The notes under the pieces are model-generated. The model did no database searches. It was given only the letters and a program-made list of their open reading frames with translations, and had not been told where the DNA came from. A stretch of DNA of 64,000 nucleotides. Origin: Gemmatimonadales bacterium (lineage in GTDB: Bacteria; Gemmatimonadota; Gemmatimonadetes; Gemmatimonadales; GWC2-71-9). Made by a program: the position numbers and the translations under genes. The DNA lies in contig JBBCJC010000002.1 in assembly GCA_037189525.1 (NCBI GenBank), positions 576,001 through 640,000 on the forward strand, in the 5' to 3' direction. Below are positions 1 to 9,186 of this stretch, one piece after another (the first letter of the stretch is position 1; each line of letters begins with the position of its first letter).

Positions 1-1542
1 CTGGCCAATCCCTTCCGACGGCAGCATCGGCTCGGCAAAGGTGGCGCGATCCCGGATCGTGTTGGGATTGAACACGACGATATCGGCGGCCAGACCAGGC
101 GCCAGCCGCCCGCGATCGTAGGCCATCACCTGATTCGCAGCGACCGCCGTCATCTTCTGGATCGCGCTTTCCAGCGACAGCGCGCCCAACTCACGGACGT
201 AGCGTGCAATGACGCGGGGAAAGGCGCCATGGCCGCGCGGGTGGGTCGAATGCCCGGCCGCCGCGGGGCCGGCGTCGGTGTCGAACGAGGTGAACTCCTC
301 CTGCATGGCCTTGATCTTGTTGGCTTCCGACATGCTCTGCGGCATCGCGGCTGCATTGCTCTTGGCCAACTCGAAGAACACGACCCAGGGATCCTTGTTG
401 ACGGCCCGGGCAATCGCAGCAAGCGACTGGCCGTTGTGCGCCTCGTAGCCGGGCAGATTGATCCGCGAGACGACGATCCGGTCCCAATCCTTCCCGGCAT
501 GGGCAAACCAGTTCTCCCAGCCGCCTAACGACTCCATCTCGCGCCGGATCTCCGCCTGCATGGCCGGGTCGTCCAGCTTCTTGAGCAGTGCGGCCTGGCC
601 TTCGGCCGCATGCCGCGGATGGATCAGCGCCCGAATGCCGAGACCGTTGTTGATATAGGGATAGACGTCGACCGCGACATGCTGGCCGCCGGCGCGCGCC
701 GCTTTGATCCGGGCCAGAGCCAAATCCATCTTGCCCCAGTTGGCCTGACCGGCGGTCTTGAGGTGATAGATATGGACCGGCGTGCCCGCGGCCTGGCCGA
801 TGCGCAGCGCCTCGTCGATCGCCTCGAGCAACTGGTCGCCCTCGTTCCGCATGTGGGTGAAGTAACGACCACCGTACTCCCCGGCGACCTTGGTGAGTTC
901 GGCAATTTCCTGTTCCGACGCATAGATGGCCGGCGGATAGATCAGCGAGGTGGAGACGCCGATGGCGCCGGCTTCCATGGCTTCCCGCACCATACCGCGC
1001 ATCCGGTCCAGCTCGGGTTGGGTCGCCTGCCGGTCGGTGTCGCCGAGGACGATACGACGGATCTGGGTATGGCCGACCGTCTGTACCATGTTGATCGGCA
1101 TCCCGGTCTGTTCGAGCCGGGTGAAGAACTGCCGCATGGTTTGCCAGCCGCGCGCTTTGGCGGCTTCCTCACCGAGCGGTGCATCGCTGGCGCCTTCGCC
1201 GGCGTTGATCGTGGTGATGCCTTGCGAGAGCAGGTTGAACGCCGAGCCGGCGTCCTGAATGAAGGGCGCGGCGGTCTGGCCCATCATGTCGATGAACCCG
1301 GGGGTGACGACCTGGCCCGTGGCGTCGATGGCCCGCCGTCCGTCGCTCGGTGCGATCCGGCCGATCGCGGCGATCTTGCCGTCCTTGATGGCCAGGTCAC
1401 CCCAGTACCATGGCGCGCCGGTGCCGTCGATGATCCGCCCGCCGTGAATCACGATATCGTAGCGCGGATTTTGCGCAGCCAGCGACGAGTGGGCGGCGGC
1501 CGCCAGCAGGCCGGCCAGCGCGATGCGTCGAATCAATTCCAT
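1..1542 (-). CDS. N-acyl-D-amino-acid deacylase family amidohydrolase with signal peptide (3' end runs off the window)
   Basis: Translated by hand (absent from ORF track): MELIRRIALAGLLAAAHSSLAAQNPRYDIVIHGGRIIDGTGAPWYWGDLAIKDGKI...PGFID. Start overlaps the stop of the upstream dehydratase. Confidence 0.85.
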   Translation of the reverse strand, partial: MELIRRIALAGLLAAAAHSSLAAQNPRYDIVIHGGRIIDGTGAPWYWGDLAIKDGKIAAIGRIAPSDGRRAIDATGQVVTPGFIDMMGQTAAPFIQDAGSAFNLLSQGITTINAGEGASDAPLGEEAAKARGWQTMRQFFTRLEQTGMPINMVQTVGHTQIRRIVLGDTDRQATQPELDRMRGMVREAMEAGAIGVSTSLIYPPAIYASEQEIAELTKVAGEYGGRYFTHMRNEGDQLLEAIDEALRIGQAAGTPVHIYHLKTAGQANWGKMDLALARIKAARAGGQHVAVDVYPYINNGLGIRALIHPRHAAEGQAALLKKLDDPAMQAEIRREMESLGGWENWFAHAGKDWDRIVVSRINLPGYEAHNGQSLAAIARAVNKDPWVVFFELAKSNAAAMPQSMSEANKIKAMQEEFTSFDTDAGPAAAGHSTHPRGHGAFPRVIARYVRELGALSLESAIQKMTAVAANQVMAYDRGRLAPGLAADIVVFNPNTIRDRATFAEPMLPSEGIGQ

Positions 1543-2513
1543 TGCATTCCCCGGATCTGGTCGAGATTGAGATTGCCGCCGCTCAGCACGCACGCCACGC
1601 GCGAGCCGGCCGGCAGTTTGACGAGTCCCTGCAGTACCGCGCCGACGGAGGCGGCCGCGGCGGCTTCCGGCACCACCTTGCAGCGTTCCATCAGCCAGAT
1701 CATGGCCTCGAAGATCTGCTGATCGGGCAGCGTGACGATTTCGTCGACGAAGCGCTGGCAGACCGAGAAGGTGTGGACCCCGACCCGCTTGACGCGCAGG
1801 CCGTCGATGACGGTGCGGCAATCGATGGTGACGAGTTCTCCGGCTTCGAGGCTCTTCTGCATGGCCGGGCCGTCGGACGATTCGACGCCGATGACGCGAA
1901 TCTTCGGATTGTGACTCTTCGCGGCCATGGCCACGCCCGAGATCAGGCCACCGCCGCCGATCGGTACCACGATCGTATCGAGTTCGGGCCAGTCGGTTAC
2001 GACCTCGAGGCCCAACGTGCCCTGACCCGCGATCAGATCCGGATCGTCGAACGGACTGATGTACGTCAAACCTTCCCGTTCGACCAGTTCGAGCGCCTTT
2101 TCATTGGCTTCATCCCAGATCTTGCCGTGCAGCACCACCTCGGCGCCATACCCCTTCGTGGCCGCGATCTTGGCCGGCGTGGCATTCTCGGCCATGCATA
2201 CGACGGCCCGGAGGCCATGCACCTTCGCAGCGAGCGCAACGCCCTGCGCGTGGTTGCCGGCCGACGAACAGACCACGCCGCGGCGCTTCTGCTCGTCGGT
2301 CAGGAAGGTGAACTTGTTGAGCGGTCCCCGAATCTTGTAGGCGCCGACCCGTTGAAACATCTCGGCCTTGAGCCGGATCTCGTAGCCCGAGAGTTCGGAC
2401 AGCTGGCGCGAGCCGAGCAGCGGGGTGTGATAGATATGGGGGGCGATCCGCGCGCGGGCCGCTTTGAAGTCATCGAGCGTCAGGGTGAGTCGAGACTGGT
2501 CGTGGGCAGACAT
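1533..2513 (-). CDS. PLP-dependent threonine/serine dehydratase (short form, no ACT domain)
   Basis: AYKIRG PLP-lysine motif, SSAGNHAQG, PIGGGGLISG, SGGN; 326 aa. Confidence 0.9.
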   Translation of the reverse strand: MSAHDQSRLTLTLDDFKAARARIAPHIYHTPLLGSRQLSELSGYEIRLKAEMFQRVGAYKIRGPLNKFTFLTDEQKRRGVVCSSAGNHAQGVALAAKVHGLRAVVCMAENATPAKIAATKGYGAEVVLHGKIWDEANEKALELVEREGLTYISPFDDPDLIAGQGTLGLEVVTDWPELDTIVVPIGGGGLISGVAMAAKSHNPKIRVIGVESSDGPAMQKSLEAGELVTIDCRTVIDGLRVKRVGVHTFSVCQRFVDEIVTLPDQQIFEAMIWLMERCKVVPEAAAAASVGAVLQGLVKLPAGSRVACVLSGGNLNLDQIRGMQWN

Positions 2514-2599
2514 CGTCGGGGGCTGTGGCTCCGAATGGAAGTGCGGGCGAGCGAAGCAATAGTCGAGGCTATCAATCTGATGCTACCTGCAACCGGAGG

Positions 2600-3598
2600 C
2601 TACCCTCGCCGGGGGCGAAGCCGGCTTTGGGACAATCGGTTTCGCGTTTCCGCCACCAGAGTCTGCACGATCGTGGCGGCGGGCGCCGTCTCCCGAATCA
2701 GGCCGACGCTCTGGCCGGCGTAGAGCGCGAGGTCGGCCGCGTTGCCCGTGGTGGCAGGCCGAGGAATGGTGTCCTCGTAGCGTTGCACCGGTTTCCCGTC
2801 GGTCTGGGCAATGATCTCTCCCTCACCGGGGCGATGGGGCGCCAGAGGCCGGCCCGCCGCTTCCCACCGCGCGACGGTTTCATTGCGGAGAGTCCGGTGC
2901 GGCGCGTCGGGCCAGCCGATATCGAACAGGCTCGAGTAGACCGTATCCGTTTCGGCGGCGGCCAGAATCCGATCGCGATAGATCGGATGGATCTCGGCCT
3001 CGTCGGCCGCCAGGAATCGGGTGCCGAGCCATCCCGCCTGCGCACCGAGCGTAATCGCCGCCGCGAGACCGCGTCCGTCGGCAATACCCCCGGCGGCCAC
3101 GACCGGCGTCGGGCCGATCGCATCGACCACCGCCGGTACCAGGATCATGGTCGACACCTCACCGCAGACGTGGCCGCCGGCTTCCCAGCCTTGGGCCACG
3201 ATGGCGTCGGCGCCCGCATCGCGGGCCTGAACGGCGCCGGCCACCGATCCGACGGTGCAGAGGACCATGGCGTTGGAGCGTTGGGCGACCGTGATATATG
3301 GTACGGGGTCGCCCCAAGCCAGTGAAATGATCCGGATCTTTTCTTCGAGGACCACGGCCAGGCGCTCCTGCTGATCCCAGGCCAGGACGAGATTGACGCC
3401 GAAGGGCCGCCGGGTCAGGCGGCGGGTGGCCCGGATCAGGGTCCGGATCTGGTCGGGCGACCGCCAGCTCAGGGCCAGCATGCCGAGCCCGCCGGCATTC
3501 GACACGGCCGCGGCGAGCGCCGGGGTGGTGGCGCTCCCGATCGGCGCCTGGATGATCGGGTACGAAATGCGTAATTGGCGACAGAGGGGCGTTCGCAT
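2600..3598 (-). CDS. nitronate monooxygenase family flavoprotein
   Basis: PIIQAPI, AAAVSNAGGLG, QGWEAGGH, AAGGIADGRG, GTRF, LYAGQSVG; start set at MRTPLC. Confidence 0.9.
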   Translation of the reverse strand: MRTPLCRQLRISYPIIQAPIGSATTPALAAAVSNAGGLGMLALSWRSPDQIRTLIRATRRLTRRPFGVNLVLAWDQQERLAVVLEEKIRIISLAWGDPVPYITVAQRSNAMVLCTVGSVAGAVQARDAGADAIVAQGWEAGGHVCGEVSTMILVPAVVDAIGPTPVVAAGGIADGRGLAAAITLGAQAGWLGTRFLAADEAEIHPIYRDRILAAAETDTVYSSLFDIGWPDAPHRTLRNETVARWEAAGRPLAPHRPGEGEIIAQTDGKPVQRYEDTIPRPATTGNAADLALYAGQSVGLIRETAPAATIVQTLVAETRNRLSQSRLRPRRG

Positions 3599-3804
3599 GA
3601 TTCGGGGGAATCTACGTCGGGCGGTCACGGCCCGTACCCCGGACCGCGCCGTCGTTCCGGGTTTGCGTCGTCCCGGTGCGTCCCCTACTATCCCGCGACG
3701 TCCGTAATCCGCTGGAAACCGGCGCCAGGAAGCGCCCGGTCGAGCCGGCGGACTGATCGGACCCGTGTCCGACGCCGATGTTTCATCCGCCTGGGGAGGT
3801 CGTA

Positions 3805-4782
3805 ATGCGCGCGATTCAGGTGCACGAGTTCGGGGATCCATCCGTGCTCAAACTGGTCGACGTGCCCACTCCGGTGCCCGGACCGGGCCAGGTGCTGGTG
3901 GCCGTCCAGGCGATCGGCGTGAATCCCGCGGAGACCTACATGCGGAGCGGGCGGTATGCGCTGCTGCCGGCGCTGCCCTACACGCCGGGATCGGACGGTG
4001 CCGGCATCATCCGGCAGGTCGGCCCCGGGGTGACCGAATGGAAGGAGAACGACCGGGTCTTCTTTCACGGCACGGCGGCAGGGCGGTCGTTTGGTGCGTA
4101 CGCGGAAATGGCGGTCTGCGAGGCTTATCAGGTCTTTCGGTTGCCGGCCAACATCGGCTTTTCCGAAGGCGCGGCCATCCCGATTCCCTATGCGACGGCG
4201 TATCGGGCTCTCTTCGGCAAGGCCGCTGCGCAGCCCGGCGAGATCGTGCTGATCCACGGCGCCAGCGGTGGGGTCGGCATTGCCGCCGTGCAACTGGCCC
4301 GCTGGAAACAGCTGCGGGTCATCGGTACGGCGGGCACGTCCGAAGGCCTCGATCTGGTGCGGGCCAACGGTGCGCACCTTGCGGTGAGCCACAAGGGCGC
4401 GCTCTATCTGGATCAGGTGCGGGACGCGGCCAACCAGGGGCGCGGGCCGGACGTGATCCTCGAGATGCTCGCCAACGTCAATCTCGATCACGATCTCGAT
4501 GTCCTCGCGCCGAAGGGGCGGATCGTCATCATCGGGAATCGCGGCCGGATCGAGATCGATCCGCGCAAGATCATGTCGAAGGACGCGGCCGTGCTCGGCG
4601 TGATGCTCTGGAACGACTCGCCGGAGGCGCTGGCGCCGGTCTTTCGGGATCTGATTCGCGGGCTGGAAGAGGGGGTGCTGGTGCCGGTGGTCGGGCGGGA
4701 AATCCCGTTGGCGGAAGCGGCGCGCGCCCACGATGCCGTGCTCGAGCCCGGGGCCTACGGCAAGATCGTGCTGATTCCGTAA
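3805..4782 (+). CDS. NADPH:quinone reductase (zeta-crystallin/MDR family)
   Basis: GVNPAETY, PYTPGSDGAG, HGASGGVG, GKIVL; GGAGG RBS before ATG 3805. Confidence 0.9.
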   Translation: MRAIQVHEFGDPSVLKLVDVPTPVPGPGQVLVAVQAIGVNPAETYMRSGRYALLPALPYTPGSDGAGIIRQVGPGVTEWKENDRVFFHGTAAGRSFGAYAEMAVCEAYQVFRLPANIGFSEGAAIPIPYATAYRALFGKAAAQPGEIVLIHGASGGVGIAAVQLARWKQLRVIGTAGTSEGLDLVRANGAHLAVSHKGALYLDQVRDAANQGRGPDVILEMLANVNLDHDLDVLAPKGRIVIIGNRGRIEIDPRKIMSKDAAVLGVMLWNDSPEALAPVFRDLIRGLEEGVLVPVVGREIPLAEAARAHDAVLEPGAYGKIVLIP

Positions 4783-4821
4783 AAACAGCGACGCGCCGGA
4801 CCGGGGGATCCGACGCGTCGC
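4781..4821 (-). terminator. intrinsic terminator on the minus strand (may also serve the convergent quinone reductase)
   Basis: GCGACGCGUCGGAUC-CCCC-GGUCCGGCGCGUCGC, 15-bp stem including G-U pairs, followed by UGUUUUU. Confidence 0.75.
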
Positions 4822-4900
4822 CAGGGAAGTTGGGCTCGGCCCTGGGGGGACAGGGACGCACCCGGGAAGGTGAGCGCCGGGTCAACGAACCGCCGCTCGC
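4781..4900 (-). ncRNA. candidate small RNA with C-rich hairpin loops
   Basis: Lies between a sigma54-like promoter (4911-4927) and a minus-strand intrinsic terminator; four stem-loops, three with CCC-rich loops. Confidence 0.55.
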
Positions 4901-4910
4901 CCCTCACAAA

Positions 4911-4927
4911 GGCAAGCGATGTGCCGA
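4911..4927 (-). promoter_or_regulatory. sigma54 (-24/-12) promoter candidate
   Basis: Minus strand TCGGCAC-ATCGC-TTGCC; GG and GC exactly 12 nt apart. Confidence 0.6.
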
Positions 4928-5081
4928 TGTCTCCCTTCGAATCACGATTTCATAAATCATTTCGTCGCAATAAGTTAATGAGTTCATAGCGCGGGCGCCC
5001 GTGCCCGGCCTGCCGAGGTTGTCGCTGTGCTCACGCCATGGTGTGGCTCAGATTCGACGCCGGTACACGCGAGGGGGATAC

Positions 5082-6242
5082 ATGATCGGTCGCTGGATGC
5101 TGGGGATCCTGCTTGTCGGCGTCGGCGGGGCGGAGTTGTCGGGTCAGGGCGCGAGACCGCGGGCGCGCGAGCTCGGAGTCGCCCCGGGCATCTTTGCGCC
5201 GGGTGCGCTCAACGCGATTACCGATGTAGGCGGGGTGCGGGTTGGCCAGGTCACCGTGATCGAGGGCGACTCGGTGCGCACCGGAATCACCGCCATCCTG
5301 CCGCACGAGGGCAATGTCTTTCTCGATCGCGTGCCCGCCGCGATCGCGGTCGGAAACGGGTACGGCAAGCTGCTCGGCGTGACCCAGGTCGCGGAGTTGG
5401 GTGAGATCGAAACCCCGATTCTGCTGACCTGCACGCTCTGCGTCTGGAAGGCGGCCGATGCCATGGTGGCGTGGCTGCTCGAACAGCCGGGGATGGAAGA
5501 CGTGGGTTCCATCAATGCGCTGGTGGGCGAAACCAACGATGGCGGCCTCAACGCCATTCGTCTCCGGCCGATCAGCCCGGCCCAGGTGCGCACGGCGCTG
5601 ACGTCCGCCCGGAGCGGACCGGTCGAGGAGGGGGCCGTGGGTGCCGGCGCCGGTACCGTGGCATTTGGATGGAAGGGCGGCATCGGGACCTCCTCCCGCC
5701 GACTGCCGGCCTCACTCGGCGGCTGGACCGTGGGTGTGCTGGTGCAGAGCAACTATGGCGGCGTCTTCCAGGTGATGGGCGTGCCCATCGGGCGCGAGTT
5801 GGGCCAGTACTCCTACCGGCGGAACGTGGAGGAACGGTCCGGTGACGGATCGATCATGATCGTGGTGGCGACCGATGCGCCGGTCGACGATCGCAGCTTG
5901 CGGCGGATCGCCAGCCGCGCATTGCTGGGGCTGGGCAATACGGGCAGTTCGATGAGCAACGGCTCGGGCGACTACGTGATTGCCTTTGCAACGCATCCGT
6001 CGGTTCGTCGCGGCCATCCCGACCGGGCTGCGCGGCGGGATTCGATCGAAACCGGCCGTCGTCTGCTCACCAACCCGGAACTGTCACCGCTCTTTGCCGC
6101 AACCGCGGAAGCGACCGAAGAGGCGATCTACAACTCCCTCTTCAAGGCTGTCACCGTCACCACTCGGAAAGGTACGGTCGAAGCCCTGCCGATCGACCGG
6201 GTGCGCGAGTTGTTGTCGCGCTATGGCGCGGCCAAACGCTGA
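5082..6242 (+). CDS. DmpA/P1 family L-aminopeptidase/D-esterase, secreted
   Basis: NAITDVGGVRVG, GNGYGKLLG, GETNDGGLN, GWKGGIGTSSR, DGSI autocleavage motif, NGSGDY; signal peptide. Confidence 0.92.
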   Translation: MIGRWMLGILLVGVGGAELSGQGARPRARELGVAPGIFAPGALNAITDVGGVRVGQVTVIEGDSVRTGITAILPHEGNVFLDRVPAAIAVGNGYGKLLGVTQVAELGEIETPILLTCTLCVWKAADAMVAWLLEQPGMEDVGSINALVGETNDGGLNAIRLRPISPAQVRTALTSARSGPVEEGAVGAGAGTVAFGWKGGIGTSSRRLPASLGGWTVGVLVQSNYGGVFQVMGVPIGRELGQYSYRRNVEERSGDGSIMIVVATDAPVDDRSLRRIASRALLGLGNTGSSMSNGSGDYVIAFATHPSVRRGHPDRAARRDSIETGRRLLTNPELSPLFAATAEATEEAIYNSLFKAVTVTTRKGTVEALPIDRVRELLSRYGAAKR

Positions 6243-6604
6243 GACCCGCCCAGAGCAAATCCGGCGGCGGTCGCCCCCAGGCTCAGGAGCACGCTGGCCA
6301 CGACATAGAACGCCGCGCTGCTCCAGGCCCCGGTGCGCAGCAGCTCGAGCGTTTCGGCGCTGAAGGCCGAGAATGTGGTGTAGCCGCCGCAGAGGCCCAC
6401 CGTCAGAAACACCCGGGCTTCCGCGCTCAGGCCCGGTGAACCCACGGCATATCGGAGTATCAAACCGATCAGGAAGGACCCGGTCACGTTGACGACCAGG
6501 GTACCGAGGGGAAAGGAACTGCCGGTCATGCGCTGGACGCCCGTGGTCACCAGATACCGGGCCAGACCGCCGAGACCGCTGCCGATCAGGACGTAGAGCC
6601 ACAT
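6221..6604 (-). CDS. crcB: fluoride efflux channel Fluc/CrcB
   Basis: GGLARY, FPLGTLVVNVTGSF, GLCGGYTTFSAF. Confidence 0.95.
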   Translation of the reverse strand: MWLYVLIGSGLGGLARYLVTTGVQRMTGSSFPLGTLVVNVTGSFLIGLILRYAVGSPGLSAEARVFLTVGLCGGYTTFSAFSAETLELLRTGAWSSAAFYVVASVLLSLGATAAGFALGGSQRLAAP

Positions 6605-6649
6605 CCCTCAAGTGTAACCCGGGTGACGGGCTACGACACGGGTCGGCGG

Positions 6650-7135
6650 CTAGAGCTTGAAGGTTTGGGGCGGCGGGCCGGCGAGGATCTGATGGATGGC
6701 TGCAATGACGCTGTCGTCGTCGCTCAGCAGCACCAGCTCGGCGCCGCGCGCGGTGGAGCGCACGGTACAGCGGAGCGCTCCCCGGTTTCCTGCCAGCACC
6801 TGCACGGCCGCTCCCTCGTTCGGGATGAAACGAACGTTGCGATAGTCGCCACGGCGGATGGCTGCCGCACTTTCGATCAGATGAGCCCGAAGCCCCTCGA
6901 GGCCGGCGGAGTCCGGACGCTGCAGGGACAGGGCAATCCGTCCCCCACTTTCATTCGCGGTGTATTCGACCACGGGGGCGGGCCGCGCAGTCGCTGCCAG
7001 GGCAACGGTTTGGGCGGCGCCCGGACGCGCGGTCTGGAGCAGCATCAGCGCGGCGACGATGCCGGACCAGCGGATGATGCCGGCCCGGGGTGCGGGTGCG
7101 GAATGGGATTTTGATCGGGTCGTCATCTGAGTCAC
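6650..7135 (-). CDS. hypothetical exported protein
   Basis: 161-aa ORF with hydrophobic signal-like N-terminus; fills the gap between genes. Confidence 0.6.
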   Translation of the reverse strand: MTQMTTRSKSHSAPAPRAGIIRWSGIVAALMLLQTARPGAAQTVALAATARPAPVVEYTANESGGRIALSLQRPDSAGLEGLRAHLIESAAAIRRGDYRNVRFIPNEGAAVQVLAGNRGALRCTVRSTARGAELVLLSDDDSVIAAIHQILAGPPPQTFKL

Positions 7136-7210
7136 ACCTCTTGGCCGACGGGACGCAGCGCAAGAGGGGTGCCATCAGAGTCAGTCGCGGTTAGGAGCCA
7201 ACGAGAGCGG

Positions 7211-7972
7211 TCAGTGACCTGCGAAGGCGCGGGAGGCCGCCACCAGTTCGTCGAACAGGCGGCCGGTCCTGGGGTCCTTGGTTTCCAGCGTTTCCGGGTG
7301 CCATTGGACGCCCACCACGAAGGGCGGGGCGTCCAGCTCCACCGCCTCCACCGTGCCGTCCGGCGCCCGGGCGGAGGCCACCAGATCGCGCCCAAGGCGA
7401 TTGACCCCCTGGTGATGCATGCTGTTGACCGCAATCGAGGGCGCCTCGAAAATGCGGGCCAGCCGAGTACCGGCCTCGAGGGTCACATCGTGGGCCAGGT
7501 GGTCGCGTGCGAACCCGGCGGTCGGGAAATAGTCGTGCTTGATCGCGTCGGGCACCAGTGCTTCCAGATCCTGAAAGAGCGATCCGCCCTGCGCGACGTT
7601 GATGATCTGATGGCCGCGACAGAGCCCCAGCACCGGTTTGCCGTCGGCAATGGCCCACCGCGCCAGAGTCAGTTCGACGGTATCGCGCGCCGGATCGATG
7701 TTGCCCAGCTTAGGGTGCGGTGTTTCACCGTAGGTAGCCGGATCCAAGTCGACGCCGCCGGCAATCAGCAGTCCGTCGAGCCGCTGGTAGATGCAGCGCA
7801 GCGTATCGAGGTCGTCGTGCAGCAGCGGCACCATCCAGGGCACCGCCCCCGATTCGGTTGCTGCGTAGTAGTAGCGCTGATTCATGACCCAGGACGCCGG
7901 CAGGCCTTCGGGAATGCCATCGATGGCGTGTAGCGTCTGGGTCGGAATGCCGATTGTCGGTCGGTAGCTCAT
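7211..7972 (-). CDS. gamma-glutamyl-gamma-aminobutyrate hydrolase family (peptidase C26, class I GATase fold)
   Basis: LDGLLIAGGVDLDP, LGLCRGHQ nucleophile elbow, VNSMHHQGV, GVQWHPE. Confidence 0.92.
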   Translation of the reverse strand: MSYRPTIGIPTQTLHAIDGIPEGLPASWVMNQRYYYAATESGAVPWMVPLLHDDLDTLRCIYQRLDGLLIAGGVDLDPATYGETPHPKLGNIDPARDTVELTLARWAIADGKPVLGLCRGHQIINVAQGGSLFQDLEALVPDAIKHDYFPTAGFARDHLAHDVTLEAGTRLARIFEAPSIAVNSMHHQGVNRLGRDLVASARAPDGTVEAVELDAPPFVVGVQWHPETLETKDPRTGRLFDELVAASRAFAGH

Positions 7973-8051
7973 AGCCGGATAAAATAACGGTGTCGTGAAA
8001 GCGTTCCTGTCAGGGGGCGGTCCGCGATAATCGGGCCACGAGCCGCCCGGC

Positions 8052-9164
8052 TTACGGAATCACACCCTCGGCCGTCTCGCGGATCAGGTGGTCGACAACG
8101 GCCTTGTAGTCGCCGCCGGAGGCCTCGAATACCGCCAGTTGCCGGTCGGCACTGGTGCCCTCCTCCAGGATCTTGTAAGCGTACTCGACTTCCTTGCGGC
8201 TGCCCAGCTCGTCGACCACGTCGCCGATGAACCACTCGAGCAGCTCGCGGATCAACTCGCGAGCGGGAAGCTGTTTGCTCTTGCCGAAGTCGATCAGCTG
8301 CCCGTCCAGTCCGTAGCGGCAGGCGCGCCACTTGTTCTCTTCGATGAACGCGGCGGGATACTGGCGCCAGCTGAGATTGTCTCTGCGCAGCTTCCAGACC
8401 TTGGCAACGATGGCCTGAAAGACGGCGGCGATACAGACGGCTTCGTCGACCCGGGTGCAGACGTCGCAGATCCGCATCTCGAGGGTCGGATAGGTCCAAC
8501 TGGGGCGGACATCCCACCAGAGTTTCGAGGCGTTGGGAATGCTGCCGGTGTCGACCAGCGTATTGACCACGGCCTCGAACTCATCCCAGTTGGACAGGCC
8601 GCGCGGGATGCCGGTGCGCGGGAAGCTGCGGAAAATGATGCTGCGGTACGACTTGAGCCCCGTCTTCCTGCCCAGCCAGAAGGGAGAACTGGTGGAGAGG
8701 CAGAGGAGATGGGGCATCATGTAGCGCGCGGCGTTCATCGCTTCGATGCGGAACTCCTGGTCCTCGATCCCGACATGCACGTGGGTGCCGAAGATCAGGA
8801 GCCGCTGTGCCAGCTCCTGCAGATCCTGCTTGACGCCCATGTAGCGGTCGAGCGGGGTGATTTCCTGGTCGAGCCAGTTCGAGAAGGGATGACTGCCGGC
8901 AGCCACCACCTTGAGTCCTCGGCGGGCCGCGAGGTCGATCACCAGGCGGCGCAGGCGAATCAATTCCTGCTTGGCTTCGGCCGGCGTGTGGCAGACCTTG
9001 GTGCCGACCTCGACCATCGACTGATGGAGCTCGGGTTTGATCTCGCCCAAGATCACCGATTCCTCGGTCAGGATCTCGGTGATGTACGACCGGAGTTCGC
9101 GGGTCTCCGGGTCGATGATCTGGTACTCCTCTTCGATGCCGACGGTCAGGCTGGGCGCTTTCAT
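8052..9164 (-). CDS. carboxylate-amine ligase, YbdK/GCS2 family
   Basis: [60 protein letters not shown]. Confidence 0.92.
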   Translation of the reverse strand: MKAPSLTVGIEEEYQIIDPETRELRSYITEILTEESVILGEIKPELHQSMVEVGTKVCHTPAEAKQELIRLRRLVIDLAARRGLKVVAAGSHPFSNWLDQEITPLDRYMGVKQDLQELAQRLLIFGTHVHVGIEDQEFRIEAMNAARYMMPHLLCLSTSSPFWLGRKTGLKSYRSIIFRSFPRTGIPRGLSNWDEFEAVVNTLVDTGSIPNASKLWWDVRPSWTYPTLEMRICDVCTRVDEAVCIAAVFQAIVAKVWKLRRDNLSWRQYPAAFIEENKWRACRYGLDGQLIDFGKSKQLPARELIRELLEWFIGDVVDELGSRKEVEYAYKILEEGTSADRQLAVFEASGGDYKAVVDHLIRETAEGVIP

Positions 9165-9186
9165 ACGTCGATTGCTCGGCAGAGGT

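Noticed and set aside
610..1722. Long antisense ORFs, e.g. 610-1722 +, 19675-20868 +, 24758-26440 -, 38150-40513 -, 40671-42326 -, 54171-56105 -
   Set aside because: Shadow frames of well-supported genes in high-GC DNA; no recognisable motifs.
1533..2513. Calling the dehydratases ilvA or serine racemase
   Set aside because: They lack the C-terminal regulatory domain and the racemase-type Ser; specificity cannot be assigned from sequence.
4571..4885. 104-aa minus-strand ORF starting inside the candidate sRNA
   Set aside because: TTG start with no RBS; it reads through the terminator and antisense into the quinone reductase; low-complexity product.
6605..6650. Fluoride riboswitch upstream of crcB
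   Set aside because: The gap is only ~45 bp, lacks the GGCGAUGG..CGCC..GCUGAUGAC pattern, and the gene looks leaderless.
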